Below are positions 28,825 through 37,897 of a stretch of DNA of 64,000 nucleotides, piece after piece. The DNA is taken from positions 1-64,000 of IMG/VR virus record IMGVR_UViG_3300021400_000034; one strand, written 5' to 3'. The notes under the pieces are model-generated. The model made no database searches. It saw only the letters and a list, made by a program, of their open reading frames with translations, and was not told the DNA's origin. The stretch's first letter is position 1. Each line of letters opens with the position of its first letter. Source of the DNA: a virus. Lineage: Duplodnaviria > Caudoviricetes. A program made the position numbers and the translations under genes.

Positions 28825-29559
28825 ATGGCTAACGAGTACAACATATTCGGCAATGACTTCTTCGACAAGCCGCCTCAGCCACTGTACGCATTCACAGTGG
28901 ACTTCCGTCTGTCTGATGAGTTGAAGAACAGTGAAGTGCCGTCAGAGATCGGAGGAGATCCTCCAGACTGGCTGAAAGCGCTAGAGAAGTATCTGAAATC
29001 TAACGGCTTGGACACTCCGAAAGAGTGGGCGAAGAAGCTCGGAAAGAGCGTAGCGAAGATTCCGCTGACTCATCCGACAGCTGCAGGAAACTTTCCAGTC
29101 TACTTCCCTGGCTACATGCACACTTACCCTGGCAGGTACGACAACGCTGGACAGATCCAAGTCACGTTCAACGACAACGTCCGGAGAGACATACGCTGCA
29201 TCATAGAGCAAATGATGCACCTGGACGGCATGGGCTACAGAACCGAAGACAAAGAGGACACGACTAGACCAGCTCTGCCAGACTGCCTCTGGTTCGACAT
29301 GATCGTCCGCCTGTACGACATCAGAGAAATCCGAAAGTATGCGCCGACTGACGATCTTGGTGGAATCGATTACATCAATCTCTTCGGCGACGACGACAAA
29401 GGAGTATCTTCGAAGGGCGTGATTGAAGCTTTCAAGTACAGCAAGTGCTACATCAGCAAGATCGGAGCAGAGCAGAACACCTATGAGTCGTCCGAGAACG
29501 TGAGGACTATAGAGGCTACTATCACATATCAGGACTTTTCCAGATATAAAGGGGTATAA
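28825..29559 (+). CDS. Tail-tube-fold paralog (gp19-like)
   Basis: VYFPG...YPGR....G.IQVTFND...FKYSKCYISKIG...IEATITYQ. Confidence 0.65.
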   Translation: MANEYNIFGNDFFDKPPQPLYAFTVDFRLSDELKNSEVPSEIGGDPPDWLKALEKYLKSNGLDTPKEWAKKLGKSVAKIPLTHPTAAGNFPVYFPGYMHTYPGRYDNAGQIQVTFNDNVRRDIRCIIEQMMHLDGMGYRTEDKEDTTRPALPDCLWFDMIVRLYDIREIRKYAPTDDLGGIDYINLFGDDDKGVSSKGVIEAFKYSKCYISKIGAEQNTYESSENVRTIEATITYQDFSRYKGV

Positions 29560-29566
29560 ATAAAAC

Positions 29567-29926
29567 ATGAGCAAGACACTTAATGATTACGTAGTGAATG
29601 AAGTTATAAACTCTCTTGGACCGAGAGAGTTTCCGGGAAGCGTTCTGTACGGTTCCACTTCTGACGCTATTCCTATTACAGACAAGTGCGTGGTTGACTC
29701 GCATCGCCACCACTACTACGTGGACAAGTACTCCAACATGGGAAGAACCGACAAGGCTGGCGTCGACGGTCACTGGCACTTGGTGCTGAACGGCGAGATC
29801 ATCTCTGGAAACCACAAGCACACGCTTGAGCCTCCTCAGGGATCTACGACTTCCATCAACAGCCTTGAAGACCAAGAGGGCATTCAGATGCCCGTCTTCC
29901 AGACGGAACTATCTAAGCAGGTGTAA
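29567..29926 (+). CDS. His-rich hypothetical late protein
   Basis: TATAAATA at 29555; HRHH, HWH and HKH motifs. Confidence 0.65.
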   Translation: MSKTLNDYVVNEVINSLGPREFPGSVLYGSTSDAIPITDKCVVDSHRHHYYVDKYSNMGRTDKAGVDGHWHLVLNGEIISGNHKHTLEPPQGSTTSINSLEDQEGIQMPVFQTELSKQV

Positions 29927-29950
29927 CTAAAATTTTACATTGGAGAAGAA

Positions 29951-32548
29951 ATGGCGACACACAAGTACAAGTTCATACTCTTGAAAGATCCAGACATCAG
30001 CTCTCACCAGTCTAGAGGGCTGTCTCTTCAAGTGAACGGCTTCGCACCGCTGTATGACAGCAAGGGCAAGATCGAAGATGGTCTGGAACACGGAACAGTG
30101 CCAGACCTCACGGAGCTTGTGGCAAAGAACGACGTCGTCCTTCTATTCCGAGATGTGAAATATGTCACTAACGAAGGAATTCCGTCTGCTGCTGACGTGA
30201 ACTATCAGAACTACAAGTCTCAGCCTGGACTTCACATGTTCCAAGGCGTCAATGCTGAAGCTGCAGATGAGCTCGCATACGACACCGAAGAAGGAACGAC
30301 CCGATCTCAGATCATACTTCAGTTACAGCTCTACTCTTCGATGTTCGGAGATCGAGTTCAGGGAGAAACGCTGAAGTTCCAAGGAATAGTTCTCTATGGA
30401 CAGGCATACAACCCTGAATTCCTTGACGAGACGGCGCAGGGAAAGCTGCAAGACGCTGTTCCTATCGGATTGATCTGGTTCGATGATCCATACGAGCTCG
30501 ATCTGTCGATGAAAGACACTGCTACAAGCACAACTTTCAGAATCGCCATCGGTCTTCGAGTCGGAACTGACATCACTGAGTCTTACATTCAGGCAAACTC
30601 AGCTTACGCTGCTGCATATTCCGCATTTCAAGGATCTTTCCACGTCGTCAACAACAACATGACGACATCTTCTGCCTTCGTGCTCAGAGGCAGAGACGTG
30701 ATACCTCTGAAAGATTCAAACTTTGAAGGCTATGATAGGGTGCCGCTGCCAGAGGCTGACGCTACGATCGACTTCGCTTCGAGAGTGTTCTTCACTAACG
30801 AGCCTCCTGGAAACGACAACGACCACAACGTGGACTTCGGATCTCCAGCTAGACTGACCGTCTTCAACACTGAGTCTGCCTGCTCAGGAACGATGCGCAT
30901 TCCTCAGACGCTTATCGGAAAAGTGAGCTATACTCAAGACGATGACCTGTACAAGCACGCTTGTTGGGACGGCGTCGCTGAGAGCTACTATGCTGCAGCT
31001 GGAAAGGGAACTGACGGAGAAGTCGTTTCCGGATCTTGCTACGACGTCGACTGGATCTCTAAGAAGAAGCCAGCTGTCTCTATCTTCTCGATATACAATG
31101 AATATGTCTGCAAAGGCGATTACGCGGTAAAGGATATTGACGGCGAGACCAAGATCATCTGGGTCGAATCTGATCCTGGTCTGTCGCATGGAAAGAAGTT
31201 TGCCAACGGAGCTAACATCTTCGCAAGGGATTCAAGCTCAGTCGCAGAAGGCATCAACGTCAATACGACGAACTCTAAGACACGTGGAAACGCGATGGTC
31301 TTGAACTCTACAGACGTCGAGACACACACTAGAATCATCTCAGAGCAAGAATGGGAAGATAACCTAAAGACCCAGTATCGCTACGACACGTTCATTGCGA
31401 ACTCTCATGACGTTGGAATCTTCACTGAGGTGAAGGGATCTAACAACCGTGAGGAGGATATTCATAACCAGCTGAACACGATCATCGGTTCTAAGAAAGT
31501 CAGAATTCTCGGTCTATACGATAGAGATGCCCAGAAAGCCGACAAGAACTTGATTCTCGGATGTACCGACTCGGACTTCGAGAAGATCGACAATACGCAG
31601 TTCATTGGCTGTACGAAGATGAAAGCTGATGACGCCAACTACGGAACTTACATAGCTTCTACTGGATCTCACAGCTCAAATGATCTCTGCCAGAACAACC
31701 TACTGATGAACTCACTGAAGTCTGATCTGAAGGCGACTACTTATAGCACTGCTATCGGCGGAGCAGTATTCATGGAAGGCGCTTCCAGATGCTTTTCTCT
31801 AAGTACTGCAGCAAATGACGACTACGAAAACCGGATCCTGAAGTCGACTAGCAATAGCTACAAAGCTATCGGATGCTTCATATTCGGCTTAAACAACACA
31901 ATTGAAGTAGGAGACGCTAACCAGTACGATGTCTACGTCTTCGGTAAAGGTCTAACGTCCGACCCGAGAGTATTCTCTGCAAGAGGAAGATCTAGCGACA
32001 GATATCCGTCTTACATCCTCGGACGAGACAACTCGAAGTACTACCAGCAAAATACCTGGAAGTCTATCGTCATCGGCGGTCAATACATCCTAGCATGCGA
32101 TGATGGCGTCGACCAGTTCAGATACAACAGCTTGGAACACTACATCGCTAAGACTGCTGACAAGAACTACAAGGGACAGGCTACCAACTACAACGTCGAG
32201 TCGGTCGACTCTCTGACCGACGTCAAGGGTAGAAAGATCAAGTACACGAGCAACGGCATCGAGCTCAGCTTCTTGAACGGAGATAGAACGACGGCCAACT
32301 ACGACAACTATGTCTTCAAGGGTTGCGGTCGAATCAACCTGTTCAAGCTCTATCAGCTTCTGCACAGGATGTACTGGGACTATGACGGAACGGTCAAGTT
32401 CGACTGGCAGGGAACTCATCCAGGAACTACGAACACATGGCTCGACCAGAAGGCTGGATGGCACTCATGGGACATCAACGGCGACACCAACTTGGCAAAC
32501 CTCGTTGACGACCACATGGCATGCTTCCCGTACGCTCCTATGAAGTGA
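29951..32548 (+). CDS. Tail fibre/spike-like structural protein
   Basis: 865 aa; central small-residue beta-solenoid-like repeats (NTIIGS, NLILG, FIFG.NN); structural context. Confidence 0.5.
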   Translation: MATHKYKFILLKDPDISSHQSRGLSLQVNGFAPLYDSKGKIEDGLEHGTVPDLTELVAKNDVVLLFRDVKYVTNEGIPSAADVNYQNYKSQPGLHMFQGVNAEAADELAYDTEEGTTRSQIILQLQLYSSMFGDRVQGETLKFQGIVLYGQAYNPEFLDETAQGKLQDAVPIGLIWFDDPYELDLSMKDTATSTTFRIAIGLRVGTDITESYIQANSAYAAAYSAFQGSFHVVNNNMTTSSAFVLRGRDVIPLKDSNFEGYDRVPLPEADATIDFASRVFFTNEPPGNDNDHNVDFGSPARLTVFNTESACSGTMRIPQTLIGKVSYTQDDDLYKHACWDGVAESYYAAAGKGTDGEVVSGSCYDVDWISKKKPAVSIFSIYNEYVCKGDYAVKDIDGETKIIWVESDPGLSHGKKFANGANIFARDSSSVAEGINVNTTNSKTRGNAMVLNSTDVETHTRIISEQEWEDNLKTQYRYDTFIANSHDVGIFTEVKGSNNREEDIHNQLNTIIGSKKVRILGLYDRDAQKADKNLILGCTDSDFEKIDNTQFIGCTKMKADDANYGTYIASTGSHSSNDLCQNNLLMNSLKSDLKATTYSTAIGGAVFMEGASRCFSLSTAANDDYENRILKSTSNSYKAIGCFIFGLNNTIEVGDANQYDVYVFGKGLTSDPRVFSARGRSSDRYPSYILGRDNSKYYQQNTWKSIVIGGQYILACDDGVDQFRYNSLEHYIAKTADKNYKGQATNYNVESVDSLTDVKGRKIKYTSNGIELSFLNGDRTTANYDNYVFKGCGRINLFKLYQLLHRMYWDYDGTVKFDWQGTHPGTTNTWLDQKAGWHSWDINGDTNLANLVDDHMACFPYAPMK

Positions 32549-32553
32549 ATCTT

Positions 32554-32582
32554 ATGCCGCTGAGAGCGTCAGCGGCATTTTT
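32554..32582 (+). terminator. Rho-independent terminator
   Basis: ATGCCGCTGA/TCAGCGGCAT stem followed by a T tract. Confidence 0.8.
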
Positions 32583-32601
32583 GCAGCTATAAATATCAGG
32601 T

Positions 32602-33522
32602 ATGCCAAACCTGAACTTAGACGGACAGAACATAAAGATTGACCAAGACACCGCTCAGCGAGTGAAGAACACAGCAGAGCGTCCGGAGATCAAGAAGATC
32701 CTGGACGAGTTCTGGACTGACGAGAAGCTTGGACGACACTCAGAACTGAAATCCGATCACGGAAGCATACTCGTCCAAGATCTCATCGTTGACCCAGAGA
32801 CCTTTAGAGAAGATCTGCTGTCCAATAGACTCAGTCTCGGCAACATGTCGTCTAGCCTCGATCACATCGTCAACGGAACGAAGCTCAAAGGAGATCTCAA
32901 GCCTTCATACATCTCACACTGCTTGGGAGTGACCACGACGAGACCGGCGATCGGAAAAGGAGAGTTTCTCTTCGCGGCATCTTTCTCTAACCTCGGATTC
33001 TCGAAAGAGACCGGTGACCTGATCGAGCTAGGATCTAACGCCAAGATCGAAGTCAAGGGAATCTCTGCTCAGCTCGGAAACGGACAGAACGAGAGATTCA
33101 AGCCTATGAGGTCGTCAGTGATCCGCTCTATCGCCAGAATGCTGGGCATAGATGACATCGCAGACTTCAACCTCACTACTGAGAACGCACAGAAGTTCAA
33201 GAGAGGCATAGGTCTGAACGAGAACTCTGCGCGCCGCACGTTCCTGTTCCTGCAGAACATCAGAAACGAGAACGAAGCCCTCGCGAGAAACGCCGCTAAG
33301 CTCTATTTCGAGAAGAAGCAGCTGATGAAGACCGTTGCTGCTGTACATTTGTTCACCTATATGAAGCTCGAGAAAGATCAGTATCTGCTGATCGTCAACG
33401 ACAAGAAGTTCGCTATGTTCAAGGCTCCGGACGACCTCTTGGAGGCTTATTCGATCGTCGAGAAGCTCGACATCAAGCCGTGGCGGGAAGGCGAGTATGG
33501 AATGAAAGTGACGCTGAGGTAA
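32602..33522 (+). CDS. Hypothetical late protein, possible PD-(D/E)XK nuclease fold
   Basis: TATAAATA at 32588; GKGE...GDL...IEVK. Confidence 0.5.
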   Translation: MPNLNLDGQNIKIDQDTAQRVKNTAERPEIKKILDEFWTDEKLGRHSELKSDHGSILVQDLIVDPETFREDLLSNRLSLGNMSSSLDHIVNGTKLKGDLKPSYISHCLGVTTTRPAIGKGEFLFAASFSNLGFSKETGDLIELGSNAKIEVKGISAQLGNGQNERFKPMRSSVIRSIARMLGIDDIADFNLTTENAQKFKRGIGLNENSARRTFLFLQNIRNENEALARNAAKLYFEKKQLMKTVAAVHLFTYMKLEKDQYLLIVNDKKFAMFKAPDDLLEAYSIVEKLDIKPWREGEYGMKVTLR

Positions 33523-33524
33523 TC

Positions 33525-34937
33525 ATGGCCGACCAGACCTCATTAGCCAAGATAGTATCAGAGACCAAGAAGCTCGACATGAGCATGAACTCACGCCTCA
33601 GCATGAAGCTGTGGCTTGACGACTATGACAGCGAGAAAGGCTGGCCGATAGAGAAGAAGAACATTCTCGACTTCCAGCTGCGTGAGTCGATGTTTCTCAA
33701 GCTGCCGTGCGGCTACTTCATGTACGCCGACGACGGCATGTCACGAAATCTTGACAGATTCAGCGCAGGACGACTTCTCTACATAGGCTTCGAATACACC
33801 CAGAGCGACGAGAACGTCGAAGAGAAGAACATCTCGGTGGGACGCTACCGGATCCAGGGCGTTGTAATCAAGAATCGTGGAAAGGGATCTTCTGAGTATG
33901 CCGTAAGGTTCATATACGACGGTCTGGGGCTCGTAAACTCGATACCTAAGGTACCAGATAAAGTCGTCGGAAATGCTCCTTCTACGGACATTCTAGCCGA
34001 CACGTGCGCACAGATCGGACTCGAGTTCAAGACGACTGTCGACACTTCCGACAATCAGCAGTGGTTCAACCCAGGCATGACGGCATGCGACTTCGTAACT
34101 TACGTCGTCGCTCACAGCTTCATAAACGAGAAGGACTTCGGAATGTTCTGGGTCAACAAGAACGGTGAAGCGAACTTCGCTGGAGTCAGAAACTCCTTCG
34201 AGAACGGCATTCCATTCTTCTTCAAGACCTATGTAAACGAAAATTTACGTGACAAGAAGAAGCACGTCCAGTACAGTGACGTCGTTCAAGTCGATCTGAA
34301 GAACATGGACGAAGACCAGCTCAAGGAGAAGTACGAGAACCGGTGCTGGATTCTGTTCAACGAAGATCAGAGAAACTCTGACGGATGGATGTCGAACTGG
34401 TTCGGAAACAGCCGAGAGGTCGGCTCATACGATCCGACACTGAGCACACTGATGTTCATGCCTTTCGACACGAACTTCGACGGCGCTTACATGAGCCGCA
34501 CATTGGCTTATCAGCAGATCACTGGCGGAGTGACCCCGAGTGACTCGACGAATCGCAGCCGAATAGGATCTCGTGACTTCGCTGGGTACACGAATCCGGA
34601 TCTTCACCCAGCGTGGGACTACGCTCCCGCCCACAATAAGCTGATGCGGATGGAGTTCTTCAGCAACCGACACACTCTCACTCTGAACACGGGTAAGCAG
34701 CTGAGGTGCTTTGGGGATCAAGAACTGCAGATCGGTGACGTTCTCGACATAGATCTTTCGAATCCGAGAGAAGGCGAGAACAGCATCGACAGCATGGTGG
34801 ACAACGGCAAATACATCATCCACACGATCGACTGGTTCTTCCAGAAGGGCTCAGACCTGTACTTGCAGCTGAGAGTATCGTCAGATTCTCTCCATCCAGC
34901 GAGTGAGGACACCAACAAAGAGGAAAAAGACGAATAG
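33525..34937 (+). CDS. Probable baseplate hub protein (gp27/late-control-D-like)
   Basis: Size, context and C-terminal LQIGDVLDI...GKYIIHTIDWFF pattern; GAGG SD before ATG 33525. Confidence 0.5.
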   Translation: MADQTSLAKIVSETKKLDMSMNSRLSMKLWLDDYDSEKGWPIEKKNILDFQLRESMFLKLPCGYFMYADDGMSRNLDRFSAGRLLYIGFEYTQSDENVEEKNISVGRYRIQGVVIKNRGKGSSEYAVRFIYDGLGLVNSIPKVPDKVVGNAPSTDILADTCAQIGLEFKTTVDTSDNQQWFNPGMTACDFVTYVVAHSFINEKDFGMFWVNKNGEANFAGVRNSFENGIPFFFKTYVNENLRDKKKHVQYSDVVQVDLKNMDEDQLKEKYENRCWILFNEDQRNSDGWMSNWFGNSREVGSYDPTLSTLMFMPFDTNFDGAYMSRTLAYQQITGGVTPSDSTNRSRIGSRDFAGYTNPDLHPAWDYAPAHNKLMRMEFFSNRHTLTLNTGKQLRCFGDQELQIGDVLDIDLSNPREGENSIDSMVDNGKYIIHTIDWFFQKGSDLYLQLRVSSDSLHPASEDTNKEEKDE

Positions 34938-35052
34938 TCCAAAAACATCAAAAATAAGGGGTACCACTCAGAGAGACGCGTCCCTTATTTCGATATTTAT
35001 AGGATAAATAGAATATCAAGATGCGCTTTTTGAGCGAAAAAGGACAACTGAG

Positions 35053-35400
35053 ATGTCTAATGAAGCAACTACGTCAATAGTCAAGAACAACTCCGGATTC
35101 GAGATAATGACAGCGGACGGCACCTATGAGCCGTTCTGGGGACTCATCGAGAAGAAGTCACACGGGTGGCTCTTGAAGCTCGAAGACGGTCGAGAGCTCA
35201 AGTATTCGGACGGTCACCGGTTCATGATCGACGGATGGGAGGTCTTCGTCGAGTCACTCGTGGTCGGAGACGAAGTCGCTGGCTCGAAGATCGTCGACAT
35301 AGAGGAAGTCACTGACACGTTCTATGGTCCGTACTCGGTGAGAGGCCATGAGTACGCGACGGTGGACGAAAAAGGAGATGTCGTCCAGAGTCACCACAAC
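35053..35400 (+). mobile_element. Atypically split intein, IntC fragment (TerL family)
   Basis: Block B SDGH, L.VGD, block F/G FYGPYSV...SHHN|C; lacks block A/Cys1. Confidence 0.85.
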
Positions 35401-36132
35401 TGCGAGTTCATCGGATCTTCGACTACGCTGGTCGAACTTGACAAGCTCGCTAAGCTGTTCCCGACTGAGCCTAAGGAGTTCAAGTACGGGTACATGTGCT
35501 CGATCTGGGAAGAGCCTCAGCCTGGGTGCGTCTACGTGATGGGAGTCGACACTGCGACGGGTTCCGGTCTCGACTTCTCGGCCGTTCAAGTTCTCAAGCT
35601 CGTGTCGAAAGACAAGTTCGAGCAAGTCTGCACGTACCACGACGACCGCACGACGGTCGGCAAGTTCAGTCAGGTCGTGAAGGATCTGAGCGAGTGGTAC
35701 AACGATGCTCTGATAATCATCGAAAACAACGGTCCTGGCGGAAAAGTCGCGGAAGAGCTATGGTACACGCTCGACTGCCAGAACATCATAAACACCGATC
35801 CGCACGGAATAGGAACTAACGCTAACAAAGCCAGCAAGCTCGAAGCTTGTCTGATGCTGCAGCGTGAAGTGAACAGGGACTCGCTAGTCATACGTGACTC
35901 AGCGACTCTGAAAGAGCTCACGACGTTCGCCGAAGTGAGCCCAAACGTGTTCAAGGCGACTCCTGGAAACCACGACGACTTGGTCTCAGCTCTCTACTGG
36001 GCCGTCTACGCGATCTTCCAGCCAGAGATCGATCTTGACAATCTGAAAGTCGACAAGAGCAAGAGGGAGGATCTAGTTGAAGTCCCGCAGACAGTGTTTC
36101 CGGACGATGACGACGGAATATGGACGTTCTGA
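35053..36132 (+). CDS. 17: Split-intein C-fragment fused to the C-terminal (nuclease) half of the large terminase
   Basis: aa1-116 Hint-like, ending SHHN; then CEFIGSSTTL, YVMGVDTATG..LDFS, IIENN, HDDLVSAL of T4 gp17. Confidence 0.9.
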   Translation: MSNEATTSIVKNNSGFEIMTADGTYEPFWGLIEKKSHGWLLKLEDGRELKYSDGHRFMIDGWEVFVESLVVGDEVAGSKIVDIEEVTDTFYGPYSVRGHEYATVDEKGDVVQSHHNCEFIGSSTTLVELDKLAKLFPTEPKEFKYGYMCSIWEEPQPGCVYVMGVDTATGSGLDFSAVQVLKLVSKDKFEQVCTYHDDRTTVGKFSQVVKDLSEWYNDALIIIENNGPGGKVAEELWYTLDCQNIINTDPHGIGTNANKASKLEACLMLQREVNRDSLVIRDSATLKELTTFAEVSPNVFKATPGNHDDLVSALYWAVYAIFQPEIDLDNLKVDKSKREDLVEVPQTVFPDDDDGIWTF

Positions 36133-36658
36133 CGAGCACAAGAAGCTCACTAAGCGTCGTAATAAAAACGTAAAGAAGTCACCGAAGAAAAAGATAATCG
36201 ACCAAGACAAGAAGCGTAAGCTCAGACACTCGCGACAGTGGCGAGAGCTCAAACGCTATCTGATTTCGAAGAGAGGCGAGATTGACGAGATAACTGGAAA
36301 GAAGATCATCAAGGAGGACAAGCTGACTTGCCATCACATGAGGCTCACTGCCGAGAAGTATGGAGACTTCAGCAATCCCGATGACTTCATGCTGCTAGCT
36401 GAGTCGACCCATCAAGTGGTTCACTGGCTGTGGCAACTCACGAAAGGCGAAGACTTTTCTATATTAGATAAGCTCAGAGACACTCTGAAAAGAATGAAGG
36501 AACTGGAAGATGAAGATAGCCGGACTGGATCTATCGATAACTCACACGGGTGCCGTGATAGTCACTCTGGACGAGACGCTGACTGTGAAGGAAGTGACTT
36601 GGCTGACATTCACGACTACGAAGAAGTACTCGAGCGACAACTGTCTATGGTATGCTGA
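36107..36658 (+). CDS. HNH endonuclease-like protein
   Basis: S.QW..LK...DEITG...LTCHH...NPDDFMLL..STH..VH; start codon uncertain. Confidence 0.65.
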   Translation: MTTEYGRSDEHKKLTKRRNKNVKKSPKKKIIDQDKKRKLRHSRQWRELKRYLISKRGEIDEITGKKIIKEDKLTCHHMRLTAEKYGDFSNPDDFMLLAESTHQVVHWLWQLTKGEDFSILDKLRDTLKRMKELEDEDSRTGSIDNSHGCRDSHSGRDADCEGSDLADIHDYEEVLERQLSMVC

Positions 36659-37163
36659 AGAGCAGTTCGCGGACAAGTATGACAAGTACAAGTTCATGCA
36701 GGACCGCATACTCGACTTCGTAAGAGACGCTGACATGGTCGCAGTCGAAGACTACGCTTTCGGCGCGACGGGCCAGATAGGCTTGGTGTTCGACCTCGCT
36801 GAGTTCGAAGGCTGGATCCGACAGTCGATCTGGCGCACAGGAAAGCCTCTCTACCTCTACTCTCCGATGACGATCAAGAAGGTATTCACTGGCCACGGAG
36901 ACTCGGACAAGAAGTCGATGTGGAACAGCTATGTAAAGATTTCTGAACCTAAGCCAGACTTGAGCGCTATGCCTCTAGTCACTAACGGAAAGAAAGGCGC
37001 GAAAGGAACGTCAGACGTGGTTGACGCGTACGCTGCTGCGATGACGCTGAGAACTGAGCTTCTCATCGAGCGAGACGGAGCCGCTGCATTCCCCAAGCAC
37101 ATTCAAGAATTCTGGAAGAATAGAACTCGGACGGTCATACAGAGACCAAAGGATCAATTGTAA
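36510..37163 (+). CDS. ruvC: RuvC-like Holliday junction resolvase
   Basis: IAGLDLSITHTG, VAVEDY, LAE, P.TIKKVFTGHG.SDK, DVVDAY. Confidence 0.88.
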   Translation: MKIAGLDLSITHTGAVIVTLDETLTVKEVTWLTFTTTKKYSSDNCLWYAEEQFADKYDKYKFMQDRILDFVRDADMVAVEDYAFGATGQIGLVFDLAEFEGWIRQSIWRTGKPLYLYSPMTIKKVFTGHGDSDKKSMWNSYVKISEPKPDLSAMPLVTNGKKGAKGTSDVVDAYAAAMTLRTELLIERDGAAAFPKHIQEFWKNRTRTVIQRPKDQL

Positions 37164-37165
37164 AG

Positions 37166-37897
37166 ATGAGTTTACAGATAACTGCTGAGACATTCGACGA
37201 GCTGTCTGACAAGATGGCTATGTATGTGATGGAGAACTTCAAGTGCAACTCGAGTCGCGTGGATGACGTGGAGCTGACGTGCTTCAGCACTAAGACTGAC
37301 AACATACGCGCTCACATCACTGAGCGCACTAAGAAGATGATTCAGGTAAGGCGCATGTACGTGAACGAGAACGAGATCGACCGCTCTCATCGGGAGATGG
37401 TCAAGAACGGCACTGGAACGTTCAACTTCAATCAGGTCAAGCATGACTATGACCACGTGCAAGGAGGCTGTCTGCTCAGCATGATTCTGACTCCAGATGA
37501 AGTCACTGTCAACCTGCGCGCTTCTGTCGTTCCGTGGAACCTGCAGTTCGACCTCGTCCTGATCGACGATCTTCTGAAAGAGATGGGGATACAGCCGAAG
37601 AAGATATTGTTCAAGATCGGTTACGTTCGCACGAAGGTGATTCACGCGCTCTACTGGTACATCAGGAACGGATGGAACCCAGAGCAGATCTGTCAGTACC
37701 GCTTCGGAAGGGCTTGCATCGCAGCATACACTAGAGGCAAGCGTCCAACCTGCAAATACCTCAACTGGATCAGATTCACTGGCTGTGTCGACAAGCTCAG
37801 AGAAGAGTACGGCATAGGAGATCTCGTCGAAGCTCTAGATCACTGGAAAGCTATAAATAATACAGAAAACCTAGAAAAGGCGGAAGAAAATGGCTAA
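37166..37897 (+). CDS. Divergent thymidylate-synthase-fold protein
   Basis: N-terminal ITAETFDEL, GGCLLS, VNLRAS...LQFD. Confidence 0.5.
   Translation: MSLQITAETFDELSDKMAMYVMENFKCNSSRVDDVELTCFSTKTDNIRAHITERTKKMIQVRRMYVNENEIDRSHREMVKNGTGTFNFNQVKHDYDHVQGGCLLSMILTPDEVTVNLRASVVPWNLQFDLVLIDDLLKEMGIQPKKILFKIGYVRTKVIHALYWYIRNGWNPEQICQYRFGRACIAAYTRGKRPTCKYLNWIRFTGCVDKLREEYGIGDLVEALDHWKAINNTENLEKAEENG

Noticed and set aside
33525-34937. N-terminal terminase half with IntN
   Set aside because: No Walker A/B or RQ.GK motif and no C-terminal Cys-initiated IntN; resembles a baseplate hub protein
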